In this document: positions 39,308 through 52,930 of the stretch, piece by piece | Position numbering within the stretch: position 1 is the stretch's first letter | Layout of the letters: each line of letters starts with the position of its first letter | Assembly: GCA_964016885.1 (NCBI GenBank) | Contig: OZ024740.1 | Coordinates: 288,424,001-288,488,000 of the forward strand | Length of the DNA: 64,000 nt | Direction of reading: 5' to 3' | DNA from: Eledone cirrhosa | Lineage: Eukaryota | Program-made: the position numbers and the translations under genes | Notes under the pieces: model-generated | The model's input: only the letters and a program-made list of their open reading frames with translations | What the model was told of the DNA's origin: nothing | The model's database searches: none

Positions 39308-39918
39308 GTATATATATATGTGTATATATATGTATATATATGTGTATATATATGTATATATATGTGTATATATATGTATATATATGTGTATATATATGTA
39401 TATATATATGTATATATATGTATATATATGTATATATATGTGTATATATATGTATATATGTGTATATATATGTATATATATGTGTATATATATGTATATA
39501 TATATGTATATATATGTATATATATATGTATATATATATGTATATATATATGTATATATATGTATATATATATGTATATATATATGTATATATATGTATA
39601 TATATATGTATATATATATGTATATATATATGTATATATATATGTATATATATATGTATATATATGTATATATATATGTATATATATGTATATATATATG
39701 TATATATATGTATATATATATATGTATATATATGTATATATATATGTATATATATGTATATATATATGTGTATATATATGTGTATATATATGTGTATATA
39801 TATGTGTATATATATGTAAATATATATGTATATATATATATGTATATATATGTGTATATATATGTGTATATATATGTATATATATGTGTATATATATGTA
39901 TATGTATATATATGTATG

Positions 39919-39955
<37 letters not shown>
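39044..39955. repeat. (TA)n/TATG microsatellite
   Basis: Directly visible. Confidence 0.98.
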
Positions 39956-39956
<1 letters not shown>

Positions 39957-40104
39957 GTATTTTCCGTTGTGTTGTAATATAAATATTACACACAGTAGAT
40001 TATCAGCTCACGTAGAGTTTGCTCGACGGTTCCAGTTGTAGTTCCAAAAGTAATCCGGAGAAAAATAGAAAGATTTGAATGGATACAGTTTAGTTGAAAG
40101 GAAT

Positions 40105-40224
40105 TTATTGACACGTGTTTCTATAACAGTTACATAACCTAAAACAGCTGCTATCTACAAACTTTTAGTTATGCAGACATTCAATATTTCAATGTTATTA
40201 TTTACTGTCATTTCATCAGAATAA
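40105..40224 (-). ncRNA. Type-I hammerhead ribozyme with extended, branched stem II
   Basis: ttatt-CTGATGA-a-atgacagt..actgttat-a-GAAA-cacgtg-TC-aataa; canonical core, GUC triplet, palindromic stem III acacgtgt. Confidence 0.8.
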
Positions 40225-40801
40225 TATTACTGAGGACCTATTTAGTTTTTATAGAGAATATTAGGAGGGAGGGGTGAAGTTAGAAGAATAGTTGAAGGAG
40301 TGGTTTTTCCATAGCAGTGAGAATTCTTGGTGGCAGTGAGTAATTAGATTCCCATCTGTTGTTTTGACATTTTTTATAGAATATATTATTGGTTATTTTT
40401 CTAAATTTATAGAAGGATTAGAGATAGTAAAGATATGCGTGGTTGGTTTTGTGTTTGCACTTAATTAACATTCAGACTTAAATTTTTCTTTCAAGTGTAT
40501 GTATCCTTTCACCCACGCATTCACACACAAATATATTTGCACACCTCTACAAAATACATATACTCACAATTCACATATTCATACTTACATATATATACAC
40601 ATGCATACACATATATATACACACATGTATTCATGTACATACTTACGCGCTCGTGTGTATACATTTTCATACTCAACTTATCTTTATATACACACGTATT
40701 GACACACACATATATACATACTTACTCTAGTCCATGTGTACACACATACACATACATACACATCTATATACACATATATACATACATATACACATATATA
40801 C

Positions 40802-40842
<41 letters not shown>

Positions 40843-40987
40843 TATACACATATACACATACACACACATATATATATACATATATATAAGCACTTTAATA
40901 CATGAATACACTTACATCTAACTATACACATCAAACATATATATATATTTACTTATTTATATACATTTTCACATATATATACATACT

Positions 40988-41045
40988 TATGGACGTTTTT
41001 AGACACATTCATTATCGCATATTTGCACCTATTCTCATCAGCATA
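40988..41045 (-). ncRNA. Second, degenerate hammerhead motif in the same PLE 3'UTR
   Basis: tatg-CTGATGA-gaa-taggtgca..tgtgtcta-AAAA-cg-TC-cata; GAAA reads AAAA. Confidence 0.45.
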
Positions 41046-41536
41046 TCTTTCCATTATTAGTGTGGTAATTTAAGGTTATTAATATATGTTGAGAAGAGAT
41101 TGTTTTTATATTTTTCTAACTAGATTAAGGTTTATATAGTTGGGGGATGTCCCTCTTTTATGTAATATTCGGCTTGTAGTGGGAAAAAAAGGGTTTTAGT
41201 TCTGTGACGGCAGAATAATGTTCGTTCAATTCTGTTATTCAGCAGTTTCTTCTTGTGTGTGATTATGTAATAAATCTCAAGATTACACAATTTGCAGAAA
41301 TTTTGGCTCCTGGAAAAGCTTTGGGTTTTAGCTAATTTCTCCCATTTTAGGGTAAACTTTTGATCGCTATATGTATATATATGTATATATGTATGTATAT
41401 ATATGTATATATATATGTATATATGTATATATATATGTATATATGTATATATGTATATATATATGTATATATGTATATATATATGTATATATGTATATAT
41501 ATATGTATATATGTATATCTATATATGTATATATAT

Positions 41537-41930
41537 ATCATCATCATCATCGTTTAACGTCCATCTTTCACGCTTGCATGGGTTTGGACGGGAGTTTTCC
41601 CACTTGAGGCAAGATTGGTTGACCTGCTCGTATAGGACTGTCTGGCGGGTTTTCTACGGCTGGATGCCCTTCCTAACACCAACAACGTTTACAGTGTGGA
41701 CTGGGAGGTTGTTACCGTGTTACCTACATGGCCACATTACAGCGTGGACTGTGTGTCTTTTTGTCGTGACACCTACACGTCTGGCGGGTTTTCTACGGCT
41801 GGGTGCCCTTCCCAACACCAACCACGTTTACAATGTGTACTGGGAGGTTTTTACCGTGTTATCTACACGGCCACATTACAGCGTGGACTGTGTGTTGTTT
41901 TTTTTTGTTGTGACACCTACACGACATCAT
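41537..41930 (-). mobile_element. Young RTE-tailed SINE with internal duplication
   Basis: Nearly identical to the reverse complement of 51605-51850; the segment gtctggcgggttttctacggctgg..cacctacacg is repeated. Confidence 0.85.
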
Positions 41931-41999
41931 TTGTTTCGGACTGGATGTTGTGGTACCAACATACCTACACATTTAAGGGGGTAGTGTGGATGGGGTGGG

Positions 42000-43063
42000 T
42001 GTACTGGGACGGGGGTGTATTTTGTTAGAGGTGCCTACTGACTGTAGGTTTCGCTTTGTACTTAGGCAAGGCGGGTCTTCTGTATTACTGTGTAGCGCCA
42101 AAGATCTTGGTCCAATGACATTGTCTTGGAGAGATGTGTGTGAGGTCGGAATTTATCAAGTCGTCCCAGGTTTTTCTGGGTCTGCCTACTCCATGGCTAC
42201 CGTCTATTTTTTATCGCCGTCTTTTAACGTAGTCTTCTCTCGAGTAAACAACATCTGATCCCTCTTATTCCTAATTTCTCCCTTAGTTCATTTATGCTTT
42301 GCCGTTCACGTATATTACTATTACACATCCAGCGGAGCATGCAAGCTTCGTTTCTCTCCACTCTGCGTATAATTTCTGCACACAATACCCAGGTTTCACT
42401 GCCATGTAACATTGCTGTTCATATGCAGGCATCATACAGCCTGCCTTTCATTTTTAGGGAGAACCCTTTAGCGGCCAATAGTGGTATAAGCTCTCTGAAC
42501 TTTTTCCATCCCATTCTGACTCTAGCTACTGTACTTTCAGAGCACCCTCCTCCGCTGCTGATTTTGTCACCCAGGTAACGGAAGCTGTCCACTATTTCTA
42601 TAGAACCATCTGTGCAATGGAATGAGCTAGTATTCTGTGGGCACTTGCTGCTACTTATTGCACCAGAGCACCGGCCACATATAAAATCTATATTCTTAGT
42701 TAGCTTACCTGTGATCCCACTCCATCTTTTATGCACCCATACTTTGCATTTGGGACATAAAATGGAGTTTCTGCTTATTCCTTTCCTACACACTGAGCAT
42801 AGCCATTTCCCAGATGGGACCGGTGCCTTATTTTCCTTCCTACAAACTAGAACTTTAGTCTTAGACAAGTTAACTTTAAGGCCTTTTGATTCTAGGCCAT
42901 GCTTCCATGTTTGGAATTTCTTCTCTAGTTCAGCCATTGATTCAGCTATGAGCGTTAGATCATCTGCATATAGGAGTTCCCATGGGCAGCCGGTCTTGAA
43001 CTCCTCTGTTATAGCCTGAAGGGCAATAATAAATAGTAGAGGGCTAAGGACGGAGCCCTGATG
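42000..43063 (-). mobile_element. RTE LINE 3' fragment (RT core to C-terminus)
   Basis: HQGSVLSPLLF..LLYADDL..WLCSVCRKGISRNSILCPKCKVWVHKR..FRYLGD..MLHGSETW; same family as 16580 and 28265. Confidence 0.92.
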
Positions 43064-43349
43064 TATAATGTATATATATATATATATATACATGTATAAT
43101 GTATATATATATATATAAACGTTTGAATTTGTAAAGCCAAAACAATGCAGGTATGGACATAGAATAAAAAATGTAAATGCAAAAGATATTGTTGACAATT
43201 AGTCTTTTACCTTAGATTTATTTAAACGTCCTTAATTTTCGAGATAATATCTCTTTGGAGGGAAGTAAAGCAGTTAAACCAGTGTTCTAAATAGCTTGCC
43301 AAGCTTGACCCAAGAAACTGCCTATGAGATGCAACCTCAAGAGACCAGG

Positions 43350-43525
43350 TTTATCTTTCAACATAGCCCCCACCCCCACCCCTTGCGGACCACACACTTT
43401 TTCCATCAGTGTTGCAGTTCTTGGATCCCATTTGTGAACAAGCTTACATCCTGCTGGTAAAAAAAAGCCATCAACAGCAGATATGACATCATCATCACTG
43501 CGATACTAGTTCCCAGCCAAGTGTA
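43350..43525 (-). mobile_element. mariner transposase C-terminal remnant
   Basis: LAGN*YRSDDDVISAVDGFF..NGIQELQH*WKKCV..GYVER*, matching mariner GIxxLxxRWxKCV..GxYVEK. Confidence 0.75.
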
Positions 43526-46500
43526 TCTAGATAACCTGGTACCTTATTTTATCAGCTACATGAACTGAGGCATTGCCGGTAGTGATATCCATATACTTAT
43601 CCACTCATCTATCTTGCGCTTTTTAAGCTTTCTCTTGAAATTTGTTCACCCAAAGGATGTATTCTAGCCATGCATTAAATTTGAAATATTTAAAATTTTA
43701 TTAGATGGGTTTGATAAATTTCTTTCTATTATACCTAATCAAGAATTTTTTTTTTTAAATATATAAACTGGAGGAATAGAATTTATTATCAACCATGATC
43801 AGTTTTTTGACTGACTACAATGTGGGTGTAGGACCTCTTGTTATTCAGTTACTATCAAATGTGGAATAATATCTCCCATATAAAGACTATAGATTTAAAT
43901 TAGCCTTTTCATAAATTGCAATAGATTTGTGATGGATGGGAGATTAAATATTTGAATCATTTTTATGCCAACCCAACCAAAAACCAGTTCTAGCTCTATG
44001 AAACTAAATCACCCAAAACATAACAATTTTAGACAAGAACATTTTGTAAATAAAGTTAAATTGCAAATACTTAGTAATGGAATCATTAATGATTTTATTA
44101 AGTCCCTCAAAATACTTTAATTAATTGAAATATAGTGTATTTTGTTAGAAATACAGTAATGAAAGGGTTAGTCCAGAAAGGAGACTTAATGCTCATAAAC
44201 CCAGCACACTCTCTCAGATTGGTGTGGTTGATAGTCAGCTTGAATGCCTGCAAGTTGTCTGTAGGGAAAACAGGTAAAACTGTTAACCCTATGTCATCTC
44301 TGATCCAGCTGACATTGGCCATCATATCCTTCATTTTTCAGCCGTAGTTATTCAATATGCTTTTCTTTTCATTTTTTTTTATAAATCGCAGTGTGATTCG
44401 AAGGGTATTTGATTACTATCTCTAGCAGCTAGCATTATGTAATTATCAGATAAAATGTTTTGAAGTGTTTAATTCTGCCAACTTCAATTTTCACTCTTCT
44501 AAAGTTAATATAAAGTACCAGTTGAATACTAAGGTTGATTTAATTGACTCATTCTGGTATCTTCCAGGTTTCTTCTAGCAAGAGACTATAGCTGAGATTC
44601 CTAAATGAATTTGCTTAGTGCTGGTTGTTCTTTCAGAGCTGATGAAATTGTAAACCCCAATAACCATAGTATTCCTGTGAGGAGCGGTCTCATATAACTC
44701 CTATAATTAACAGGATAGTGTAATATATCTGCCAATATATCTATCTAATGCAAGTCATCAGAAGCACCATCAAGAAAAAGGCTTTTAACAATGTTGATAT
44801 TTGGAAGCAGGCTAGAAAAATTAAGCAATGCTTTGACTCAAGACAATGCATTATAATTTTTTTTTTTTATGACATACAGAAGTAATGAATACCAAATATT
44901 CCCCCTTCACCTATTGGCATCCTTTCCAGATTTTCTGACATTTTGTTTGTCTTCAAAGCACTTAAATAAGGATCTCTAAATGCTAAGTCCATTCTATTCC
45001 ACTCCCTCTACCATTCTCTTATATTTAGCTACTTTTACAAGAGCAGCCTAAACCTCATTTACACAAATTTTGTTTAACCCTTTCGTTGTCATATTTCTAA
45101 TGAAAGACACTGCCTATAATTTTGAAAATAATCAAGAATTTGGAGAGATTTAGTAATATAACTAACTTTCTCATTATTAAGCTGTTTGGATTTTTAGATA
45201 AATATAAAGTTCGAGTAAATAGCTTTATATCATAGGATCAAAGTCAGTTTGGTATCAAACGGTTTAAGAAACTATGAATGCAGGTATAGATTGTGGTTAA
45301 GAAGTTTGCTTTGTAATGATGCAGTTTAGGGTTTGATATCACTACTGCATGGCATCTTGGGAAAGTGTTATCTACCTTGGTCTCAGTTCAACCAAAGTCT
45401 TGTAAGTTAAATTTGTTATTTGGAAACTGTATGGAAGTTTGTTGGATGAATAGTCCTTTTCTCAAGTGGTAGAATTAATCTGTCACCCAGTTTAACACCA
45501 CCATGGGTGCTTTTAACAGAATCCATTCTGTTGCAAGTATTTGGATTATGTCCCCAATCTGAGGATGACTGCCATCCTTTGTCTTAGGTGCTGCTCTTCT
45601 AAGTCATAAAAAAGAAAAAATAACCAGTTATTCTGTTAATTATAATTCTATAAGGGAGTGGTAGCAAAAAATAAAAATATTAGTGAATTATATTCATTTT
45701 TGACAGTGAGCATGCAAAATAGTGTAAGTGTGTGTGTATGTGTGTATTTGCACATGTGCGCTCGCAGTATAACTATGAGTATAACTATAAATATCAGTAT
45801 GTTATGCTTTACACAACACATTTGTTTTGGTTCTCTGTATTTATTATAAAAAAAACTATAGTTTCGTTTTAATTTGATGTGGGGTGGAAGAGTGGATGTT
45901 GTGAGTTTTGTGTCTCTCTCTCCCAAGATCCTTTCCAGTGTAAATGATATGGCTACAACTGGGAATTAAAACCGTCTCACTTTTTCTTCTCTTGACACCA
46001 TCACCACCCAACCTTCTATCCTGTGAAAGATACCTGTTAAAGTCTACTTAGGTTGGAATTCGAACACAGAATTCTGATATATGATACTCGTTGTTAGACA
46101 TTTAATCAGGCGTACTACTGTTTCTACCAAACTTGCTGTCCGTTGTTATATATACTACATGTTCTTTTAACCTTAGATCAGTTCAGATTAAGCAGCGCTA
46201 TGATCAAGTGTTCTAGCTGTGACCTATATTTTGCCTTTATCATCAAGGGTATGGTGTGTTTTGAGGGAGATTTAGTTGTTATTTCTAGCAAATCGAATGA
46301 TTATAAAAAGGCTTCTGATATTGGTAGAAAGCTTCACGTTTGTGACTATTATATCGACCTCAGTAATTAACTGGTATTCCATTTAATCGACCCCAGAAGT
46401 ATAAAAAACGTAGTCAACATCAACAGTATTTGAACCCAGAACATCGCAAGGAGTTTAACAATACCTATTAGTCTATAACTACCCAACACGGGCTACTACT

Positions 46501-47049
46501 GCCCATTTTTTGCGAATGCAAGAACCTCACATAATCATAATCCGATCTCCCCTCCCTGGTAATTCTGTGTATGGGCGGGGCTGATATTTGCCTGTGGCAT
46601 TTCCTTATATGGTAGGAGTTAATAATTTCACTTACTTTCATTTCACAACTTTCATATTAAATGGGTGTAAAGATAGACGGCGGAGATATAAAGGCCATTG
46701 ACTACATTATGTATTTGCGCTTGTGTATCTGTATGTGTGCGCGGCTTATTGAAAGGCAAGTCTGTTCAGCGAGTGTGTATGTGTGTATACACCCCCCTCC
46801 CCTATTATTATGAAAGAGACGCGCCATAACCTCACGTAAAGCTAGATAAACGTATGTGTGAGAGGAATACGAACTGGGCTTATGCATATGACCGTTTATA
46901 TGTATTATGTGTGTGTACAAACAACTGTAAGCATGTTTTTTAATGCAGTGTTGATCCAACTGTATATATACTAGCATGGGTTGGCTAGTTCTGCCAATAC
47001 AAACATTGATACGGACTGTTCGAAAGTGGTGGTAAGAAACCCTAGGAAA

Positions 47050-47088
47050 GCTGGACAGCAGGTCTTCAGAGAAGACCTGCTGTCCAGC
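47050..47088. other. Perfect 18-bp GC-rich hairpin
   Basis: gctggacagcaggtcttc-aga-gaagacctgctgtccagc. Confidence 0.9.
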
Positions 47089-48351
47089 CCCTCCGCCGCC
47101 TCTCAAGCGAGTGTGTTTTCAGCTTCTTTGCTCTACCATGAAGAATTTGAGTAATACCCGAAAGCAGCAAAGTTTGGATATCCATTGTATTTTCGTCATA
47201 AGTAAACAAAATAAATAAAACCCTTAACTCTTCATAGAATCGCAGGGACGCTATCTTGACACGGCCTATCTTAGGCATTTTTTAAACCTGTCGGAATTCA
47301 TCCCGACGATGTTTTCCAGAAAGAGAGTGTGGGGGGGGGGGAACAACCCCAGTGTTAGTTTTGTACTTTATTTATCGACTTAGAATGGGTTAAAGGCAAA
47401 GTTGACTTTGGTAGGATTAAAATATTGTATTTTTGTTTTGTTTTGTTTTTATACGACGTCTTAGTTTTGTTATACATCTCTTGTAAGTTCAAAACCCAAT
47501 ATAAAGTTTAAACTTATTGGAGATTAATTAATCATGTTGACAAATTGTTTTCTAACTTTTCAACTTACATAGTTTTAAATCCTTCCGCAGTTATCATTCA
47601 GGAAAAGTATGGACATTTTGTGTGATATTCACTTTGGAATAGTACAGGGTGTTTAAGCAAGAGGTTGAGTGGTAAAACTAAATGTCTCTTTGTTGGATTT
47701 GATTTTAAATACGGTCAGATATTTGGGTCAGTTAAATTGACCACATTTTCTTAAACTGATGTATTTCTGTTTGTTAGAAATCGTTATAGCAAATGTTTGA
47801 CCTACACACTGTTGTGCTATAAATTTCTCTCTCTCAGAGGGTCGCAACTTTAGTTATGTCCCTTTACGTTCTGAGTTTAAACCGCACGAGGTTAACTTGG
47901 CCTTTCGTCCTTCTGTTGTCGATAAAATACGTATTACTTAATTTCACCCCCCGCCCGTATATATGCTAATATAGTGTCTGTGTTTGCCATGCTTAATTCT
48001 GTAGCGGTATCGTGTGTCTGTTAAAAAAAAGGGACTTAGATATAGATAATTCTAACTTAAACGTCTTCAGAAGAAAATCTTTTACTCTAATAGTTCGCAT
48101 AACACCCCTCGTTACTTAGTTTCTTATCTCTATAATTGATTTAAATGAGCTTTTGGTAGAGTGAGACGATTAACACCTCACTGGCAACGTCGCAGTGTCT
48201 AAGCAATTAAAGACAGCCCTGGTTCGGGGGTTATTGTTTTAATGAATATTGATGTTTTAAGGAATTTGGTACGAGCGAATCCAATGACCGTGTCTTCGGT
48301 GATATGATTCTACTGCCAAAGAAACAAAAACAAAGCTGATACAGATGAAAT

Positions 48352-49550
48352 TCTGTGCCACACAAAAGGCTTATGGCAGAACTCTCTGCAATGGGTGTGA
48401 AGGATAATCTTTTTAACTGGTTGAAGTCCTTCATTCTCAGTCGAAGAGAGGTAGTCACGGTTCTGGGACAGCATTCTTCACCATATGAGATGTCATCTGG
48501 TGTACCACAGGGATCTGTTCTTGGGCCCCTTTTGTTTGTGGCATATATTAATGACATAGATGCCAACTTAAAGAATACCACAGTACTAAAGTACGCAGAT
48601 GACATCAAGCTGTACCTTGAGATAAAAAGGACAGATCCTGAACACTATAGATCTTGCTTGCAGTCTGACCTGGACACAATGCAACAATGGATCTCAGACT
48701 GGCAACTCAAGCTAGCTGTGGACAAGTGCACCACTATACATTTTGGGAGTAAAAACCCAGCGTCCACATACTCCCTCCACAGCACTAATATCAAGAAATC
48801 TTCTTGTGAACGTGACCTAGGCATAACGGTCAGCAGCGATTTGCGTTGGACGAAGCACGTCTCTAAAATTGTCAAGAGGGCCGAGGGTGTCTTAGTATCA
48901 CTCAGCAAGACCTTTGTCAGCCGCTCTCCAGCTATCTATTTAAGGCTGTACATTGCTATGGTGCGGCCACACTTAGAATTTGCATCACCAGTCTGGAACC
49001 CCTATCTTGCTCAGAACATTGACCGCCTGGAAACTGTTCAGAGACGTGCAACCAAGCGAATACCCTCCGGCAGGCATCTACCATACTCTGAGCGCCTTGC
49101 TTCCCTGGGCATGGATACATTGAAGCTCCGACGCCTGGCAACTGACTTGGTAAACACCCACAACATTGTTAACCATGTTGCCAACAACAACCCTGAGTAC
49201 CTTTTTGATTTCCATGTGTCTAACACAGGTGGGCATGCCCACAAAGTCAGAAAACAGTACAGTTCCCATGACTTTCGGAAACATTTTTTCACGCTCAGTT
49301 GCTGAAGCATGGAACAAACTACCTGCATCGGTTGTTAGCTGTCGAGACACTGCATCCTTTAAGGCCTCCATGCTTTCCGAGATTCGCCAACACTACACCT
49401 AATGTTCCCCCTCCATACACATACACACATGTATATCATGATCCCTACACTATTCACTTCCTTGACATTTGTGTATTATTCTATGTACTATACATGCACC
49501 TTTGACGAGTTGTAGTGCACCTGAGCACTTTACACAATAATTTCATTATT
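48352..49550 (+). mobile_element. CR1-clade LINE, 5'-truncated, RT ORF 48355-49305
   Basis: PHKRL, SGVPQGSVLGPLLF, YADDIKLY, ERDLGI, VRPHLEFASPVWNP, frameshift to SVAEAWNKLP; 3'UTR ends in (ATT)n. Confidence 0.93.
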
Positions 49551-51574
49551 ATAGCTGTGTATGTTTATAAACCGTACAAATATATTGTAAAAGAAGAAAA
49601 AAAGAAAACATTTTCGTTCATAAAGAGGTATGACTGAGCGGCTGAGGCATAAATATCAGTGAGATGGTAAGCATCGTACCTATTTTGGTATATCAAGGGT
49701 TTAAGGTATAAGACATGCCATGGATTCATATCTAGCCACTATCGTTTCATGTCTTAAAGCGGAGATGTTAGAGAAATACAATTTTAAGATGTAAGGGAGA
49801 TAACTGCTTTGTTTGTTGACTGATAGGTGAAGCTGGACTTGTCGTTCTTGTTATCATCTTTGATTTATCGTCTGCTTTCATCGTTTTTTTTTTTTTGTTG
49901 TTATCGTTGAAAGTATAAATACGCCTAAAATCAAGAATTGACCTGTTTAAGGTAATCGTTGCTGACATTGGAACACATTTGGTCGTAGGTCTGCTCGACT
50001 TGGGAGTTAAACAATAACAACCACCTCTCGTCACGTAGGTTGTTTTTACACAGTAGAATTTAATATTGGAAATCACCAATGACTTAAACACAAGTCACTT
50101 GGACAGTATCTCTGATATTTGTGTAGTGATATAAGAAAATAAAATCAATATTCTCCACTATGTTGGTACTAATCTCTGCTCTGTGTTAGAGAATTGTCAA
50201 AAACTGACCCAAATGCTGCATTGTGACATTCTTATATCTATTATGGAACATGTCTCTTGAAGACACAAATATGTACATGTTATGTGAGTAGCTAAATTGG
50301 AAATCTTAATTTTTTTTCTGTTGTTATTGTTGAATAGTCCACAGGTCATTCTCAATCAAACAGACTTATGTCTAATGAAAGTTATATTTTAATGAAGGCC
50401 CAAATGTTTGCAACAGAGTGTAATAAAGGAATCCTAAGGCCAGTGGTGTCTACCACCCAAACAACAAAAATAGTCCCTCCAACAAGATTCCACACAGTCA
50501 CTATGTTAACCAAATTCCACTCACAAGGCTTTAGTTAACCCAAGGCTATTAAAGAAAATACTTGTCAACATGCAGTGGGTTTAAACAACAAATCACATAG
50601 TTGCAAAACGAAATTCTTAACTACACAACCATGCCTGCACACATCCATTCACCGAAACATTTTTACCTAGTTTGTTTGATTGATTAATTATTATGAGAGG
50701 GCTCTTTAGTTGAGTCAATGACCATCACACTTTCTAGTGTTGGTGCCAGTAAAAAATGCACCAACCACAGCCTTTAAGATGGTTGATAAGAGGGCATCCT
50801 GCTATAGAAAACGTGTCAAGAAGGGGTGAAGAGGGCCCATCAGTTGTGACCTTACACAACCACCTTTATAGTCTTTATGATCAATATGATAAACGCATGC
50901 AGGACACTTTGTAAAGTAGCTGGTAATAGGAAGGGCACCCAACTGTAGAAAAGTTGTATCAAAGATGTGACAACCTCCCTAGTGCAGGTGCCATGATAAA
51001 ATACATTCATTAGAGTGCGGTAATGTATGTGAGATGTGTCCCCAGGAACTTATGTAAGCAAGATGCAAGCTTCTGGTTCATTTGTGAGGTTAGTAGCTTT
51101 GTTTGAGTAGTGACTCAGTCTGTGACAACCCATCCAACCTTTACTAGCAGGAAAAATGGATGTTAAATTATGATGATACTCTGACATGAGAGCAACTACT
51201 GAAGTTAACGAGTCTGAACATGTTATCAATGATTTATAACAGAGCAAAATTGAATAATAAAATTTTGTTCTATGTTATTTTACTTTTTTAGCAAGTAATT
51301 TAGATATTAAGTACACTCTTATATGAAAAACAAAATGCAATAGAAATGTTCATATACATAAGGGGCATAGCAGCACAAAGCATAAAATATTGTCAAATAT
51401 TGACCAGGTATGTTAGTGATTTAAAATACGATCAAATACTGACCATATCATCATTATAGTTTTTGAATCTGGTTATCTTTGCTGGTATAAGTTGGACAGG
51501 AATTGAGTCTTATTACCAGATGTCCTTCCTAAGGTTAACCTTTTTAATCACGCCTTATGAAATACAAGGCTACA

Positions 51575-51850
51575 ATGTAGGTGTCATGACAAAATACAAG
51601 GATACGTGTAGCTGTCACGACAAAAAAACACACAGTCCACGCTGTAATGTGGCCGTGTAGGTAACACGGTAAAAACCTCCCAGTCCACACTGTAAACGTG
51701 GTTGGTGTTAGGAAGGGCATCCAGCCGTAGAAAACCCGCCAGACAGTCCTATACGAGCAGGACAACCAATCTTGCCTCAAGTGGGAAAACTCCCGTCCAA
51801 ACCCATGCAAGCGTGGAAGATGGACGTTAAACGATGATGATGATGATGAT
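51575..51850 (+). mobile_element. Young RTE-tailed SINE
   Basis: ggtgttaggaagggcatccagccgtagaaa..ggacgttaaacgatgatgatg. Confidence 0.85.
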
Positions 51851-52671
51851 AATATACCTATTCTAAAAACTAGGATACACACAGCATAGGTAAAGGTAAA
51901 GGGCGCTTAACTCCTAAAGGAGTTGTAGGTGTGTCATCTTGAAACACAACATAACTTGGGCATTTTAATCCTGGCAGAGCCCATCTCTATCTCAGCTGAA
52001 ACACAGTTAATTTCTCCCAGAGCTTATTTTTTACACAGCAAGCATCATTAGGTATTTTTCCCTCAGTCATTCATTTAAGTTATGGCACCATACAGTATTC
52101 ATCCACTAAAACTTTATATACATCTCTAGTTACTTAATAATATATGCAGCAAAGGTCACATATGCTTTGCTGATGAAATCTTGTAAGACTATTGTTGTCA
52201 CAGTACTGCTAAAGATCAGACCCACTCCCCCATTGCATTCCATATTTCATTTTATTTAATTCAAATTACAGGGATTGTCTCTTGACTTTCTTTCCTGAGT
52301 TAGTCATTAAAATAGTAATTTATTATCCTCATTATAGATGTAATTTTAATTAATTAAAATTTCTTCACTGACTATATTATGTTAGCATCCACTTAACTAA
52401 TTGTAGATGTCATAGTTAGTAGTCTAAATAAAGTATTGTCAAATAATATCTATATCTAGAAAAAATATTTTCTTTGTTTTTATTTATAAACTAGTTCATA
52501 TTGGTTCAAATGCTTTTTCTGGCTATGAAACATAATGGTAGATACAGGCTGTGTATTGGCTGATCAAATTGGTTTGAAATTTGATTGGTCATTGTTTAAG
52601 ATTATATTTTATGTTTCTGTTCTGCTGTTTGATGCTCTATAAGTGGCATTCTATAGAACCCAATTTGAGGC

Positions 52672-52930
52672 CCCCATCAGTTACTAATGACCATGGTTTT
52701 GCACCTACAAAGTTTCCCTCCGAAGCACAAGCCTGGGCAAGGTTTATTTGTGGAAGACCACCAGTCATCCATGCATACCAGTCTCCCCTCTCCACACCAC
52801 TGATTTTTTCCAAGCAATGGCCAATACAGCTTGGCACCAGTGATATCGCAACTCATTTCTACAGCTGAGTGAAGTGGAGGAACGTGAAATAAAGTGTCTT
52901 GCTCAAGGACATAACATATCACCCGATCCT
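52672..52930 (-). mobile_element. tRNA-derived SINE (family of 18178 and 54004)
   Basis: Reverse complement aligns to the body and tail of 54004-54338. Confidence 0.8.

Larger units (their letters stand above)
39956..41368 (-). mobile_element. Penelope-like element 3' end: GIY-YIG C-terminus plus long 3'UTR with hammerheads
   Basis: Minus strand from 41368 reads [58 protein letters not shown] (CxLCxxE..LLNxRxE..CRH motif); flanked by TA arrays. Confidence 0.8.

Noticed and set aside
41046-41160. SECIS element downstream of the PLE endonuclease
   Set aside because: No ATGA/AA/GA stem recognisable by eye and no in-frame TGA at Cys positions.
47030-47230. Telomerase RNA template or RNase P/MRP motif (aaacccta, ggaaag)
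   Set aside because: Template match is too short and no further conserved regions were found.
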